A stretch of 64,000 nucleotides of DNA from an uncultured Nitrososphaerota archaeon (lineage in GTDB: Archaea; Thermoproteota; Nitrososphaeria; Conexivisphaerales; DTJL01): positions 288,001 through 352,000 of the forward strand of contig CAWJIE010000004.1 of NCBI GenBank assembly GCA_963842885.1, given 5' to 3'. Both the position numbers and the translations under genes were made by a program. This document shows positions 49,744-58,879 of this stretch, piece after piece; positions within the stretch are counted from its first letter, which is position 1, and each line of letters begins with the position of its first letter. The notes beneath the pieces were generated by a model that made no database searches, had not been told where the DNA came from, and saw only the letters and a program-made list of their open reading frames with translations.

Positions 49744-49781
49744 GGGAACCACGTCCACCTAGGCCCTCCGATGAGTTGCGA
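49744..49781 (+). repeat. Repeat A3
   Basis: GGGAACCACGTCCACCTAGGCCCTCCGATGAGTTGCGA; shares the AGTTGCGA tail with A1. Confidence 0.9.
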
Positions 49782-49888
49782 GTATAGAATGTTGTATACG
49801 GCCTTGGGCACATTCTGTGAAGGTTACGTACAAAGGAGCCAAGCTTGGTTGTCGGCTTCGGACACGAGGAGTTATTTCGCAGCTCGGG

Positions 49889-50584
49889 TCAGGACTTCCT
49901 TAGCCAGATTTCACGTCCGATGCCTTCGTCTACAGTTTCACATGTTCTGAAGTTGGACTTGGCGACAATGTCACAAATCTGGTCCTTCGTATAAGACGAT
50001 TTCAACAGACCCCTGAAAGTGAACCTCGTGACGAACGAGTTGACCAAGCCTAGCCGCATGTTGTTGACATATTCGTCAAGCTCAGCCTTGGTGGCTTCCT
50101 TCCGCATGTCTATGATTACCGCCTTTCCTCTGGGCCCGAGTACCCTGAAGACCTCGTCGAGTACTCTGGTGGGATCAGGGAAGTTCTTGAAAGCCGAAGT
50201 GCAGATGGCGAAGTCGAAAGTGCCATCTGAGAAGGGCATGTGCGCCGCGTCGCCTTGGTGGAACTCGACCTTTACGTTCGCCTCCCTAGCATTCTTCGAT
50301 GCGATGTCCACAAAGGTCTTGCTTATGTCGAGCCCCACGACCCTGTAAGCGCCAAGCCGAGCCAACTCGATGGACAGGTAGCCTGGGCCTGGGGCGACCT
50401 CTAGCACATTACTGCCTTCGGAAAGCTGGCCGCTCGCCAACTTGGCCCACGACGTGTACTGCTGCATGTCATTCCGCTGGGTCCTCGCATACCATTTGGC
50501 GATTAGGCCCTCCATAGCCACGCCCTTGTACGCTTTCCGTTTCTCCGAGGGTGAAGGTGGATTTGGCGTCTCGGCGCTGTCCAT
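49889..50584 (-). CDS. Class I SAM-dependent methyltransferase (UbiE-like)
   Basis: VLEVAPGPG, GLDIS and GDAAHMPFSDGTFD motifs. Confidence 0.9.
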   Translation of the reverse strand: MDSAETPNPPSPSEKRKAYKGVAMEGLIAKWYARTQRNDMQQYTSWAKLASGQLSEGSNVLEVAPGPGYLSIELARLGAYRVVGLDISKTFVDIASKNAREANVKVEFHQGDAAHMPFSDGTFDFAICTSAFKNFPDPTRVLDEVFRVLGPRGKAVIIDMRKEATKAELDEYVNNMRLGLVNSFVTRFTFRGLLKSSYTKDQICDIVAKSNFRTCETVDEGIGREIWLRKS

Positions 50585-50710
50585 ACTCCCTTCCGAAGTC
50601 GGACAAGGTTAGCGGTTATATAGAGACTTTGGCCTCGGCAGTCGCCTCGTTCAAGAACCACACTTGAGACTGCCGCCCGTCTCGTAGTGCAACTGCGTTG
50701 CGAGCCTAGA

Positions 50711-50741
50711 GGGAAGCGCGTCCACCTAGGTCCTTGACGGC
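50711..50741 (+). repeat. Repeat A4
   Basis: GGGAAGCGCGTCCACCTAGGTCCTTGACGGC. Confidence 0.9.
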
Positions 50742-50854
50742 ACTCAACGATAGACGTAGCCGATCCGCCTGTCTGTCATCAGTTCTCTTTCGATTTCCCA
50801 GTGTCCTCGCCTTTGCCCACGCTTGCTCCATCGACGACCCACCCACCGCCTCGA

Positions 50855-52141
50855 CTAAACCATTCTTATGTTCGGAATGGCCCTCTCGAACTGCTTCAAG
50901 GTCATTAAGAAGGGCAATCCAGTGGCGTCACCGCCATGTTCCAGTTCGTATTCGTAGATGCTCTTAATGTAGCTTGGCAGCCTCAACCAACCCGCCCCAT
51001 CGGTAATGTAGATGAGCCTGAGGTTACGCTTGTCACAATCGTCGTAAAGCTCCTTGAAGTGAATTACTACTTCCTTTATCTTCGACATCGACGTCGTGAA
51101 ATAGTTCGTCTCCACGGCGTAGACTACCTTGCTGCCCTTGGCAAGTAGGAAGTCGAACTTCTTGTCGCCACCTCTCCAGCGTTTCTGTTCTACGAACGAC
51201 CATCTCGAAGGGTCGGCTGGTATCAATCCAGAACCGAGGCGCTCTTCTACTTCTTCAAGATCTCGGGCGCCATTCATCGACTCGTGGACGAATCCTGAGG
51301 CGAGGAGTATCTGGCGTACCCGTGTTTCCCCATAGCTCCCTCTTTCTGCCTTCACTGACTCGACGTTGGTTGTGCGCATACTCCGCTTTAGGGCGCTAAG
51401 TATGACGCTTTCCTTGATGAGCAAGAGCAAGTCTTCTTCGAACAAAAGAAATTCTGCTATCCTCTTGGCTGAAGCTGGATCTGTGGTTATCCTAGATTTC
51501 CACAATTCCCAGCACGAGGCCTCATCGTCCAAATAGGAATCGATGGTACGTTTCATGCATGCCAGCTTCTGAATCTCGTCAAGAGGCTTGATTTCAGGCT
51601 GGATTCCCGTGTAGCTCGTCCACGCCTTCGATCTGATTGCGGAACGGTACTGGTCACCGAAACGGGGATCCTCACTCATCAGTTTGTCATAGTAGGCGAG
51701 GCTATCCAACTGATCAGGGTCGAAGAGGAGTTTTATGAGTTCCGAACTTGTAAACCTTAGCTGTCTGTGCAGATGCATGAATACTAAGAAGTAGCGGGGA
51801 TCTTCCCTTATGAGGTCGGCAACCCTAGCAACGAGTTCATCAGCCTTTGCAGAGACGGCGGCCAAATCCTGAACCCGCCGAGCAAGTGCCCAGAACTTGT
51901 CTTCCCCGCCGAACACGTCAAGCAAGAATCTGTTCAACACAGGCTTGTTGGGCTCAGTAGTCTGAGGACCAGCTTTGGGGAGAAGACGCCCTCGTTCGCC
52001 GATATCGAGAGTGGCGTAGAACTCAGTAACTCGCCTATCTGTCTCCGAACTCAACCCTACTGAAAGACTTCTCGTACCCAATGCTATATAAGTTGGCAGC
52101 CTTGGAGTTCGGCGTAGCATGGCGCCGAAGGCTGCGACCAC
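50855..52141 (-). CDS. DpnII-like type II restriction endonuclease (true start probably near 52054)
   Basis: KKFDFLL...YAVETNYF...SK..E and YITDGAGW motifs; divergent from a DNA methyltransferase. Confidence 0.75.
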   Translation of the reverse strand: MVAAFGAMLRRTPRLPTYIALGTRSLSVGLSSETDRRVTEFYATLDIGERGRLLPKAGPQTTEPNKPVLNRFLLDVFGGEDKFWALARRVQDLAAVSAKADELVARVADLIREDPRYFLVFMHLHRQLRFTSSELIKLLFDPDQLDSLAYYDKLMSEDPRFGDQYRSAIRSKAWTSYTGIQPEIKPLDEIQKLACMKRTIDSYLDDEASCWELWKSRITTDPASAKRIAEFLLFEEDLLLLIKESVILSALKRSMRTTNVESVKAERGSYGETRVRQILLASGFVHESMNGARDLEEVEERLGSGLIPADPSRWSFVEQKRWRGGDKKFDFLLAKGSKVVYAVETNYFTTSMSKIKEVVIHFKELYDDCDKRNLRLIYITDGAGWLRLPSYIKSIYEYELEHGGDATGLPFLMTLKQFERAIPNIRMV

Positions 52142-53129
52142 AAATAGGGCACTAAATCGGCCCAGATCTTACAAGAGCATGGAGCTTGTTACAGAGAAGG
52201 ACTACCTGCGCTTTGTTGGTCAGCATAGATCTGTCATGATTGGCGACGTCGAGATTGCGATAGGCCAACCATGGAACATCGGTAGCTATGCTCCGCCAGC
52301 CAGCTATGTTCCAGAAAGCTTCACAGTGTGGAGTTTCCCCGATAGAGGAGACTGGGCAACACACACGGGCAAGTATCGAGGTAATTGGAGTCCTTACATC
52401 CCGAGGAATCTGATTCTCAAGTACACGCAGGCTGGAGATACCGTACTCGATCAGATGGCGGGCTCAGGGACAACTCTGGTGGAGTGCAAGCTGCTTCAGC
52501 GCAACGGAATCGGAGTTGACATCAACCCAGACGCAGTCATGCTTGTCCAAGATCGGCTCAACTTCGCATACAATCCGTTGTTAACAGGAAGTGAACCATA
52601 TGTGGCGCCCAAGATCGAGACATATGTGGGAGATGCCCGCAACCTAGACAAGATACCTTCGGATAGCATCGACCTGATAGCAACTCATCCTCCATATGCT
52701 TTCATAATCAAGTACACAAAACAGAAGGTCGAGGGTGACCTCTCAAGCACGAGGCTTGATGAATACATCAACTCTATGAAGAGAGTTGCGAGCGAAAGTT
52801 TCAGGGTCCTCAAGCCAGGAAAGAATTGCGGAGTGCTGATAGGCGATTCCCGTGCTCACCAGCACTACATCCCGATTTCAATCGGCGTGCTAGAGGCCTT
52901 TAGAGATGCAGGCTTTATCTTGAGGGAAGACATCATAAAGCTCCAGCATCATACAAAAACGACCAGAGACAAATGGAAAGGGAGATATGACTTCTACAAG
53001 ATTGCCCACGAGCATCTGTTTGTCTTCAGGAAGCCCCTCTCCGATGAGAAGGTCGCGATGTTTCGTGATTCAGTTCGGTGGCCCAATGAAGGGTTTCTTG
53101 ATCAACTCGTGATCCCAGAAGGAGATTAG
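52119..53129 (+). CDS. N4/N6 DNA methyltransferase (true start probably 52179)
   Basis: YRGNWSPYIPRN, DQMAGSGTT, THPPY and RVLKPG motifs. Confidence 0.88.
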   Translation: MAPKAATTNRALNRPRSYKSMELVTEKDYLRFVGQHRSVMIGDVEIAIGQPWNIGSYAPPASYVPESFTVWSFPDRGDWATHTGKYRGNWSPYIPRNLILKYTQAGDTVLDQMAGSGTTLVECKLLQRNGIGVDINPDAVMLVQDRLNFAYNPLLTGSEPYVAPKIETYVGDARNLDKIPSDSIDLIATHPPYAFIIKYTKQKVEGDLSSTRLDEYINSMKRVASESFRVLKPGKNCGVLIGDSRAHQHYIPISIGVLEAFRDAGFILREDIIKLQHHTKTTRDKWKGRYDFYKIAHEHLFVFRKPLSDEKVAMFRDSVRWPNEGFLDQLVIPEGD

Positions 53130-53180
53130 GTAGATCTTCCACCTCATACTCATGCATGGTCAGCTTCTGATACCGTGACT

Positions 53181-53206
53181 GCCAGCCCATTCTTCGCAGG
53201 TCCAAG
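53181..53206 (-). repeat. Repeat B5 (inverted orientation)
   Basis: Reverse complement CTTGGACCTGCGAAGAATGGGCTGGC. Confidence 0.85.
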
Positions 53207-53412
53207 TGTCGTTATATCCTTCCTCCCTCATTCATGGCGTGAAGCCCCCTAATTACAAGGAGCAGCCAGCCCGCCACGGCCCCATGTGCCGAGACTGTGA
53301 AGCCTATGAGCCTGTCGACAGCACCTGCAAGAGATATTCCGCATCGGTCGATCCCAATTACGAATGTGATAGTTGGAAGAGAAACCCCAACCTTCCGATA
53401 AAGGCGGTCTAG
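53206..53412 (+). CDS. Small four-Cys protein with HiPIP-like spacing
   Basis: NYKEQP..CRDCEAY...CKRY...VDPNYECDSW. Confidence 0.5.
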   Translation: MSLYPSSLIHGVKPPNYKEQPARHGPMCRDCEAYEPVDSTCKRYSASVDPNYECDSWKRNPNLPIKAV

Positions 53413-53433
53413 CCTCGCAAGTCCAAGCCCGCG
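53413..53433 (-). repeat. Repeat B6 (inverted orientation)
   Basis: Reverse complement CGCGGGCTTGGACTTGCGAGG. Confidence 0.85.
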
Positions 53434-53464
53434 CCCTAATGTGTCTATCAACTATCTCGGGATG

Positions 53465-53698
53465 TTATTCGCCATCCGATGCCCGTCGAGGGAGCCGAAG
53501 CCTGTACTTGGGTGAGAGCATTTCCGCTATCGTGCCAATCAGGTAGCCCACGAACGCGCCTCCGATTATTCCAATCGGATAGGCGAAGTACAACAACACC
53601 GAGGCAGCAGGGCTTCTGTAGTTCTCGACGTAGATGACGGCCCAGCCTACTCCAACCAATATGCCCAGCAGCTCAAGAGCTGTGCGCGTCCTCATCAA
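53465..53698 (-). CDS. Small two-helix membrane protein
   Basis: 77-aa ORF with two hydrophobic segments. Confidence 0.6.
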   Translation of the reverse strand: MMRTRTALELLGILVGVGWAVIYVENYRSPAASVLLYFAYPIGIIGGAFVGYLIGTIAEMLSPKYRLRLPRRASDGE

Positions 53699-53831
53699 TT
53701 GTGAAGTACCCTGTCAGAGTAATTAACCTTAGTCTGTGCTACATCTTTGTTCGCAGCTTCAACTACAGGGTCAGCTTCAATTTGATTTCAACATGTTAGA
53801 GATAATCAATGAATTGAGAGACTTGTTTGCC

Positions 53832-53915
53832 TGTTAGAGGACCTAGGTGGATGTGGTTCCCGACGGATCCGACTTTTCTGTCCGTAACCGTCATAGAATA
53901 TCTCCTTTGCTGGCC
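53832..53915 (-). repeat. Long inverted repeat, right arm (contains repeat A5)
   Basis: Reverse complement matches 44371-44463 apart from a 9-bp gap and scattered transitions. Confidence 0.92.
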
Positions 53916-54488
53916 AAGTTCTATTTCAGAGCTAAGGGTCTTAGCAACTGATGATGTCTGATGCGACGCGAAGCGAGAAAGGTGAAATTGAACCCAACAT
54001 GATTGGTCATAGTCCCACCCCCCGCACATATTGTAGAATTGAGTAGCATGCGTCCTGCCCAGACAGTTTACCGCGTCCGCCCGCTGCAGTTCTTTTGCTG
54101 AGAGATAGTGTAGAACGTAACTCTAGTCAAAGATGGCTGATCATGCCGTTTAGTAGTCATATGGCGACCTGGGGAGTGATGCGACCAAGGAAGCAAAGCA
54201 CAGGAATGTTTAATGCTGTCAGAGTGTCCTTTGGCGCGTTAGACGCCAAGCCGGTCAAAATCGGTAGGTCGATTGTCAATGGTTTGTAGTCTAGGCATCG
54301 GGCCTCGGCTTTGGGATTTCTCAAGAGAGTTCTATTAGGACCGTTTTCGTAAATGGTTACACCGTCGGATACTTGAATTTTGATGACATCTATCTGGCGA
54401 AGGAAGACAAAATCATCAGGCCGAAAGCGGAATATGTTAGGTTGAGAAACCGGGAATGTTTATTTTTGAGTGGGCGACAAAGTCTGAC

Positions 54489-55133
54489 CTAGGTTCGCTT
54501 ATGGTTGAGTTTGGACGCTTTAAGTGCTTCGAATTCCTCTGGAGTATCAACATCGAGCAAGGAAAGGAGAGAAAAATCAAATTCGGCAAGGTTTTCGGTG
54601 GATATGAACAAGGTTTTCTTGCATTTTTTAGCGATTTGCCAGAGCTCCAACGTCTTGCTTTTCCAAAGATCCTCGAGCACTGGCAAAATAGTCTTTCTAT
54701 TGTAGACGGCGTGTATTGCTTCGAGCTTGCCATCTGGCCATAAAGGTATCACTGAATCGAACTCCTTAGACTTGGAAATCATTTCTATCATCACGTTCGG
54801 GTTCATGAAAGGTGAATCGACTGGGAATACGGCTACGTGTTCTTCAGGAATTTGCCGGAAGGAAGACAAGAGGGCCAAAAGGACCGAGCGAGGACTATCG
54901 TATGAATCTGTCAAATAAGTTGTTCCGGGTGGAAGCATAGGCCTTAGACGGCTAGTTCCTCTACTGTCATGAGTTGATACATAGATGTGGTCGGCGAATC
55001 CGTTAGCTGCGTCGTAGGCCCAGGTGATAAGAGGTTTAGATTCTATTATTAGAGTGGCCTTTTCTTTGCCCATGCGTGAGGAAAGGCCTCCTGCTAGTAT
55101 CAAGGCGGCAGAAGCTCCATGTTCCGATTGCAA
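54489..55133 (-). CDS. mobA: Molybdenum cofactor guanylyltransferase MobA
   Basis: ILAGGLSSRMGKEKA, PVDSPF, LEAIHAVY and DVDTPEE motifs. Confidence 0.88.
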   Translation of the reverse strand: MQSEHGASAALILAGGLSSRMGKEKATLIIESKPLITWAYDAANGFADHIYVSTHDSRGTSRLRPMLPPGTTYLTDSYDSPRSVLLALLSSFRQIPEEHVAVFPVDSPFMNPNVMIEMISKSKEFDSVIPLWPDGKLEAIHAVYNRKTILPVLEDLWKSKTLELWQIAKKCKKTLFISTENLAEFDFSLLSLLDVDTPEEFEALKASKLNHKRT

Positions 55134-55208
55134 ACGTGTTTACTGTCGTAAGTACTTACATATAATCGTAAAATAGGGCGAATTCAGAATAGTGATGACG
55201 CAAGGTCA

Positions 55209-56639
55209 ATGGTGAGCCGTAAAGAGGATGAGGTTGCAATAGTAAGGAAGATGCTTGAGCTAGGCTACGAAGTCGAACTCGATGCGATTGGGGAGCTGCT
55301 TGATCAAGAAGGCGGACCTGAGCCAGTGCTTCGCATACTCGAAACTATAATGAAGATTAAGGCCAAGCAGCGTGGGAAGCATTTTGTTATTGGCTCTAAG
55401 GACGTTAAACCGTTTCTGCATGCCAATGCCGATTTGGGTGTATTGGAAAGAATCGTGCCGGACTTTAAGGTCATCTTCGATCCGACTGGAAGCATCAGCC
55501 CTACGGCTGACACATCTGGATATGTAGAGATGTTCAGGAGCAGGATTGAGAAGATGTCTTCCATCATACGAAACCGACCTGATTTCTTTCAAATTGAGAA
55601 ACTGAATGCCATCAAGACGCCAATTTCGGGCAAAAAGGTGTTAGCGAAAGTTGTAGGACTTGTCGTGTCAAAGAAGGTTTCTGAGGATTACACATCGTTA
55701 ACTTTGGAGGATGACAGTGGATACTTACGGTTGATGTGTACTGACGACGCGATGCGAAAGGTGGATGAGGTTTTGATTGACGAATTCGTCTTGGCGGAAG
55801 TCGAATCGTTACCTCGAGGGTATTATGCTAGGAACATCTATCATCCAGATTTGCCTGAAAAGTCTAAACGAACATCGGACGAAAGGGTTTATGCCGTTTT
55901 CGTCTCGGATCTTCATGTGGGGTCGGCGGATTTTGACGAGGCTGCCTTTCTAAAGATGATTAGTTGGCTGAATGGTGATTTCGGTGAGCTAGAAATCGTT
56001 TCTCGAGTCGGGTATTTGATTCTGAATGGAGACCTCGTTCAGAATCCGTTGGCTCGCGACGGTCATTTGAATGAGATGGGTGTGGAATCATATTACGACA
56101 TGCTCGCGGATTACTTGAGCAAAATCAAGAGACCGGTGAAGATCTTCGTCGTGCCGGGGGAAATGGATGCTACACGAATGGCGTTGCCTCAGCCTGCTAT
56201 CATCAGGAAATATGCGAGGAGGCTCTACGAAATGAAAGGCGTGTTGATGTTGGGTAACCCATCTATGATAAGCCTCAACGGCGTGATAGTCTTGCTCTAT
56301 CATGGGCAGAGCTTGGATGATGTCTTTAGACAGCTACAGTCCACCTCTTCGAGCAGGCCCTGTACTGGAATCCGTGCCTTGTTGAGAGCCAGACACATGG
56401 CTCCTACATATGGTGGATTGACTCCGTTGGCTCCTGAAAGAGAAGATCTTTTGATTGTAGATCCGGTTCCTGACATCGTACATTGTGGTCATGTTGGCAT
56501 TCCGGATGAAGATGTCTATAGAGGGACGTTGTTACTGTCTACTCCTTCCTGGGTTGTTGACATGAAATCGTCTGCTGGTAGCCAAGGTAAGGCAGCGCTG
56601 GTTGATTTATCGACCTTTGATGTTTTGTGGCGAGCATGA
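55209..56639 (+). CDS. polB: DNA polymerase D small subunit DP1, exonuclease motifs degenerate
   Basis: LEDDSG OB fold, SDLHVGS, YHGQSLDD and RHMAPTYGG; adjacent to cdc6. Confidence 0.88.
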   Translation: MVSRKEDEVAIVRKMLELGYEVELDAIGELLDQEGGPEPVLRILETIMKIKAKQRGKHFVIGSKDVKPFLHANADLGVLERIVPDFKVIFDPTGSISPTADTSGYVEMFRSRIEKMSSIIRNRPDFFQIEKLNAIKTPISGKKVLAKVVGLVVSKKVSEDYTSLTLEDDSGYLRLMCTDDAMRKVDEVLIDEFVLAEVESLPRGYYARNIYHPDLPEKSKRTSDERVYAVFVSDLHVGSADFDEAAFLKMISWLNGDFGELEIVSRVGYLILNGDLVQNPLARDGHLNEMGVESYYDMLADYLSKIKRPVKIFVVPGEMDATRMALPQPAIIRKYARRLYEMKGVLMLGNPSMISLNGVIVLLYHGQSLDDVFRQLQSTSSSRPCTGIRALLRARHMAPTYGGLTPLAPEREDLLIVDPVPDIVHCGHVGIPDEDVYRGTLLLSTPSWVVDMKSSAGSQGKAALVDLSTFDVLWRA

Positions 56640-56641
56640 CC

Positions 56642-57868
56642 TCAGAAAAGCGTTTTCATGGTTTCGTCGTCCTTCAGAGATGCTTCCACCACCTGTTGCG
56701 GTACCTCTAATCTAATCTTCTTTGATCTGCCCATCCTGCCTTTGCTCACCACCGGGGCAGAGACGAGGCCCAGTAGATCTAGCTCGCTGAGCAAACCGCT
56801 TACTCTCCTTTGTGTTAAAGGCTCAAGTCCGAGTTGTTTGGTGATGTCGATGTATTTTGCGTAGACATGGCCGGTGTTCTCTGCCTCTTTGAAGTATGAA
56901 ACTGTGAACAGTGTAAGCTTGCCATGAATCGGCAGTGATTGAATGGCTTCGAGCACGCGGTCTCTTTCTATGCTCTTTGAGGCCTCCTTCACGTGAGAGT
57001 CTGTGACGATTTCGGCGCCTTCTCTTTCAGCGAGCTCTCCAGCGACCCGCAGAAGGTCTACGGCGCGCCTTGCGTCTCCATGTTCTCCGGCTGCCATGCC
57101 CGCGCAAAGATTAACTGCGGCTTCGCTGACTTTCTCTTGAACGAAGGCCATCTCAATTCGTTCGTGTAGTATTGCTTTAAGTTCGTCCACGGAATAAGGA
57201 GAAAACACTATTTCCTCCTCATTGAGGCTACTGAGGACCCTAGGATCGAGGGATTCCTTGAACTTGAGGTCATTTGATATGCCAACGAGTGCGATGAATG
57301 CGTTGTTAGTTAGGTTCTCGTTGGCCCTGGTGAATTCATAGAGTAAGTTGTCGCCAGAAGATTTCACCATGAAGTCGATTTCATCTAATATGAATATCGT
57401 CTTCAGAGAATCTTCTCTTATCTTGGTGGTGATTCTGTTGAAGGCTTCGCTGAGAGACAACCCGGTAAATGGAAGTATAACTCCAAGACTGGAAGCTAGT
57501 TCCGAGAGGATTCTGTATTCTGTCGAGGCGATACGTGTGTTAACATATGCTGTTCGGACGTTTGTATCAATGGTCTTGCTCTTTTCCGCCATGCGTTTTA
57601 GGACATATTTCGTGACGACGGTCTTACCCGTGCCTGTCTTGCCATAGATGAGAAGGCTAGATGGTTTGTGACCTGTTAAAGCAGGGGATAGAATTTGAGC
57701 GACGCCTTTAATTTGAGCATCTCTGAAGTGAATCTGATTTGGGATGAACTCGTTTCTAAGGACGTTCCTATTGATGAATAGTGTTTTACCGCTTATCGCT
57801 CTTTCGAAGATATCATCTAATGAATCGGAAGGTTGGTTTGTCAAGGGCCCCCGCCCCAATATTTCCAC
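56642..57868 (-). CDS. cdc6: Orc1/Cdc6 replication initiator (start probably near 57844)
   Basis: YGKTGTGKT, LDEID, LDPRVLSSL and HGDARRA motifs; wing GRMGRS. Confidence 0.97.
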   Translation of the reverse strand: MEILGRGPLTNQPSDSLDDIFERAISGKTLFINRNVLRNEFIPNQIHFRDAQIKGVAQILSPALTGHKPSSLLIYGKTGTGKTVVTKYVLKRMAEKSKTIDTNVRTAYVNTRIASTEYRILSELASSLGVILPFTGLSLSEAFNRITTKIREDSLKTIFILDEIDFMVKSSGDNLLYEFTRANENLTNNAFIALVGISNDLKFKESLDPRVLSSLNEEEIVFSPYSVDELKAILHERIEMAFVQEKVSEAAVNLCAGMAAGEHGDARRAVDLLRVAGELAEREGAEIVTDSHVKEASKSIERDRVLEAIQSLPIHGKLTLFTVSYFKEAENTGHVYAKYIDITKQLGLEPLTQRRVSGLLSELDLLGLVSAPVVSKGRMGRSKKIRLEVPQQVVEASLKDDETMKTLF

Positions 57869-58380
57869 TGGAAAATATATAACCTGATGGTTTGTTGAGA
57901 GTTAAAAGAAAACTATACCGCTTTTGTTTACTCTAATGAATACATATACTATCATGTCAATACTAATTGGCTAACGACCTAGACCAAATTCATATAGCAT
58001 CATCCAACGTTATACTGATTACCACGAAGAAATCTTCGACAATCTCCACTGGCAATCCATGGGTGCCCCCGTCCAGCCACACCACGGACATCCGATCCCT
58101 TGGCAATCTGTTAACTTTTAAACATCATTCGACCAACAGAGCCGATTCCCTGACCCCTTTGTTTCCACTGAACTCATTCCACACCACAGATTTGTTAACA
58201 TGCTCAAGTCGACCCCAGTGCGTCCACTGGGGCTCATAGAACTAACTAATCTTCTTGTTCTGCCAAGCGACAAGTTAACTTCGGTAAACAACCATCAAAA
58301 ACACCTGCCGTCTCATAACGAATCGAACAAGATTCACAAACCGGTTAACAGGTCATCACTGTTAACTGTTATATTCGCTA
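57854..58380. other. Replication origin with ORB elements and an AT-rich DUE
   Basis: ORB-like CCCCAATATTTCCACTGGAAA (57854-57874) and ACCCCTTTGTTTCCACTGAAC (58153-58173); TCCACTGG mini-ORBs at 58045 and 58223; AT-rich 57875-57970; upstream of cdc6. Confidence 0.85.
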
Positions 58381-58402
58381 AGCATTGACCTTACTCTACT
58401 CC

Positions 58403-58840
58403 TTGGGAAGACAGGTAAAAGTCCAATTCGAGGGATCCGACGGAGAACGATACACCATCAAGCTAGAGGGAACTCTTTCCCGAGACAAAGTGATGCGCAT
58501 AATGGATATGTATGAACTATTGGCCCAGGAAGAGAGCTCCAAACCCGAAGCAAACGACGAGACATTATACGGCAGAATCCAAGGCCTTATCAGCGAGAAG
58601 TTCACTCTCAAACAATTCACATCAGATCAAATACGAGATACATTCGAAGACATTTACAACCAACCAATCAAGCTAGCTGAAGTAAGTACATATCTTTCAA
58701 GGATGAACAATCAGGGCTTTGTAGCTAGAAGGAAACGTAGCAGAAAATGGCTGTACTCGCTCGTTCCTCCTGCGAAGATTCAGACGCCACAAATAATACC
58801 CAGACAGGGAACTCGGTTTACTCAGATAATAGACCGTTGA
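58403..58840 (+). CDS. Origin-adjacent winged-helix protein
   Basis: FTSDQIR..F......IKLAEVSTYLSRM...G.V.R wHTH pattern. Confidence 0.75.
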   Translation: MGRQVKVQFEGSDGERYTIKLEGTLSRDKVMRIMDMYELLAQEESSKPEANDETLYGRIQGLISEKFTLKQFTSDQIRDTFEDIYNQPIKLAEVSTYLSRMNNQGFVARRKRSRKWLYSLVPPAKIQTPQIIPRQGTRFTQIIDR

Positions 58841-58879
58841 GAAACCCTCCAACGACAAAAAAGGCATTAAATGTAGATA

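Larger units (their letters stand above)
35321..54027. mobile_element. Integrative element at tRNA-Leu(CAA), about 18.7 kb
   Basis: 15-bp direct repeat TCCCACCCCCCGCAC at 35321-35335 (tRNA 3' end) and 54013-54027; integrase next to the tRNA; accessory genes in between. Confidence 0.9.

Noticed and set aside
44430-53866. CRISPR array or classical integron
   Set aside because: Spacing is about 150-2400 bp and contains genes; no cas1/cas2; repeats lack the RYYYAAC...GTTRRRY attC layout
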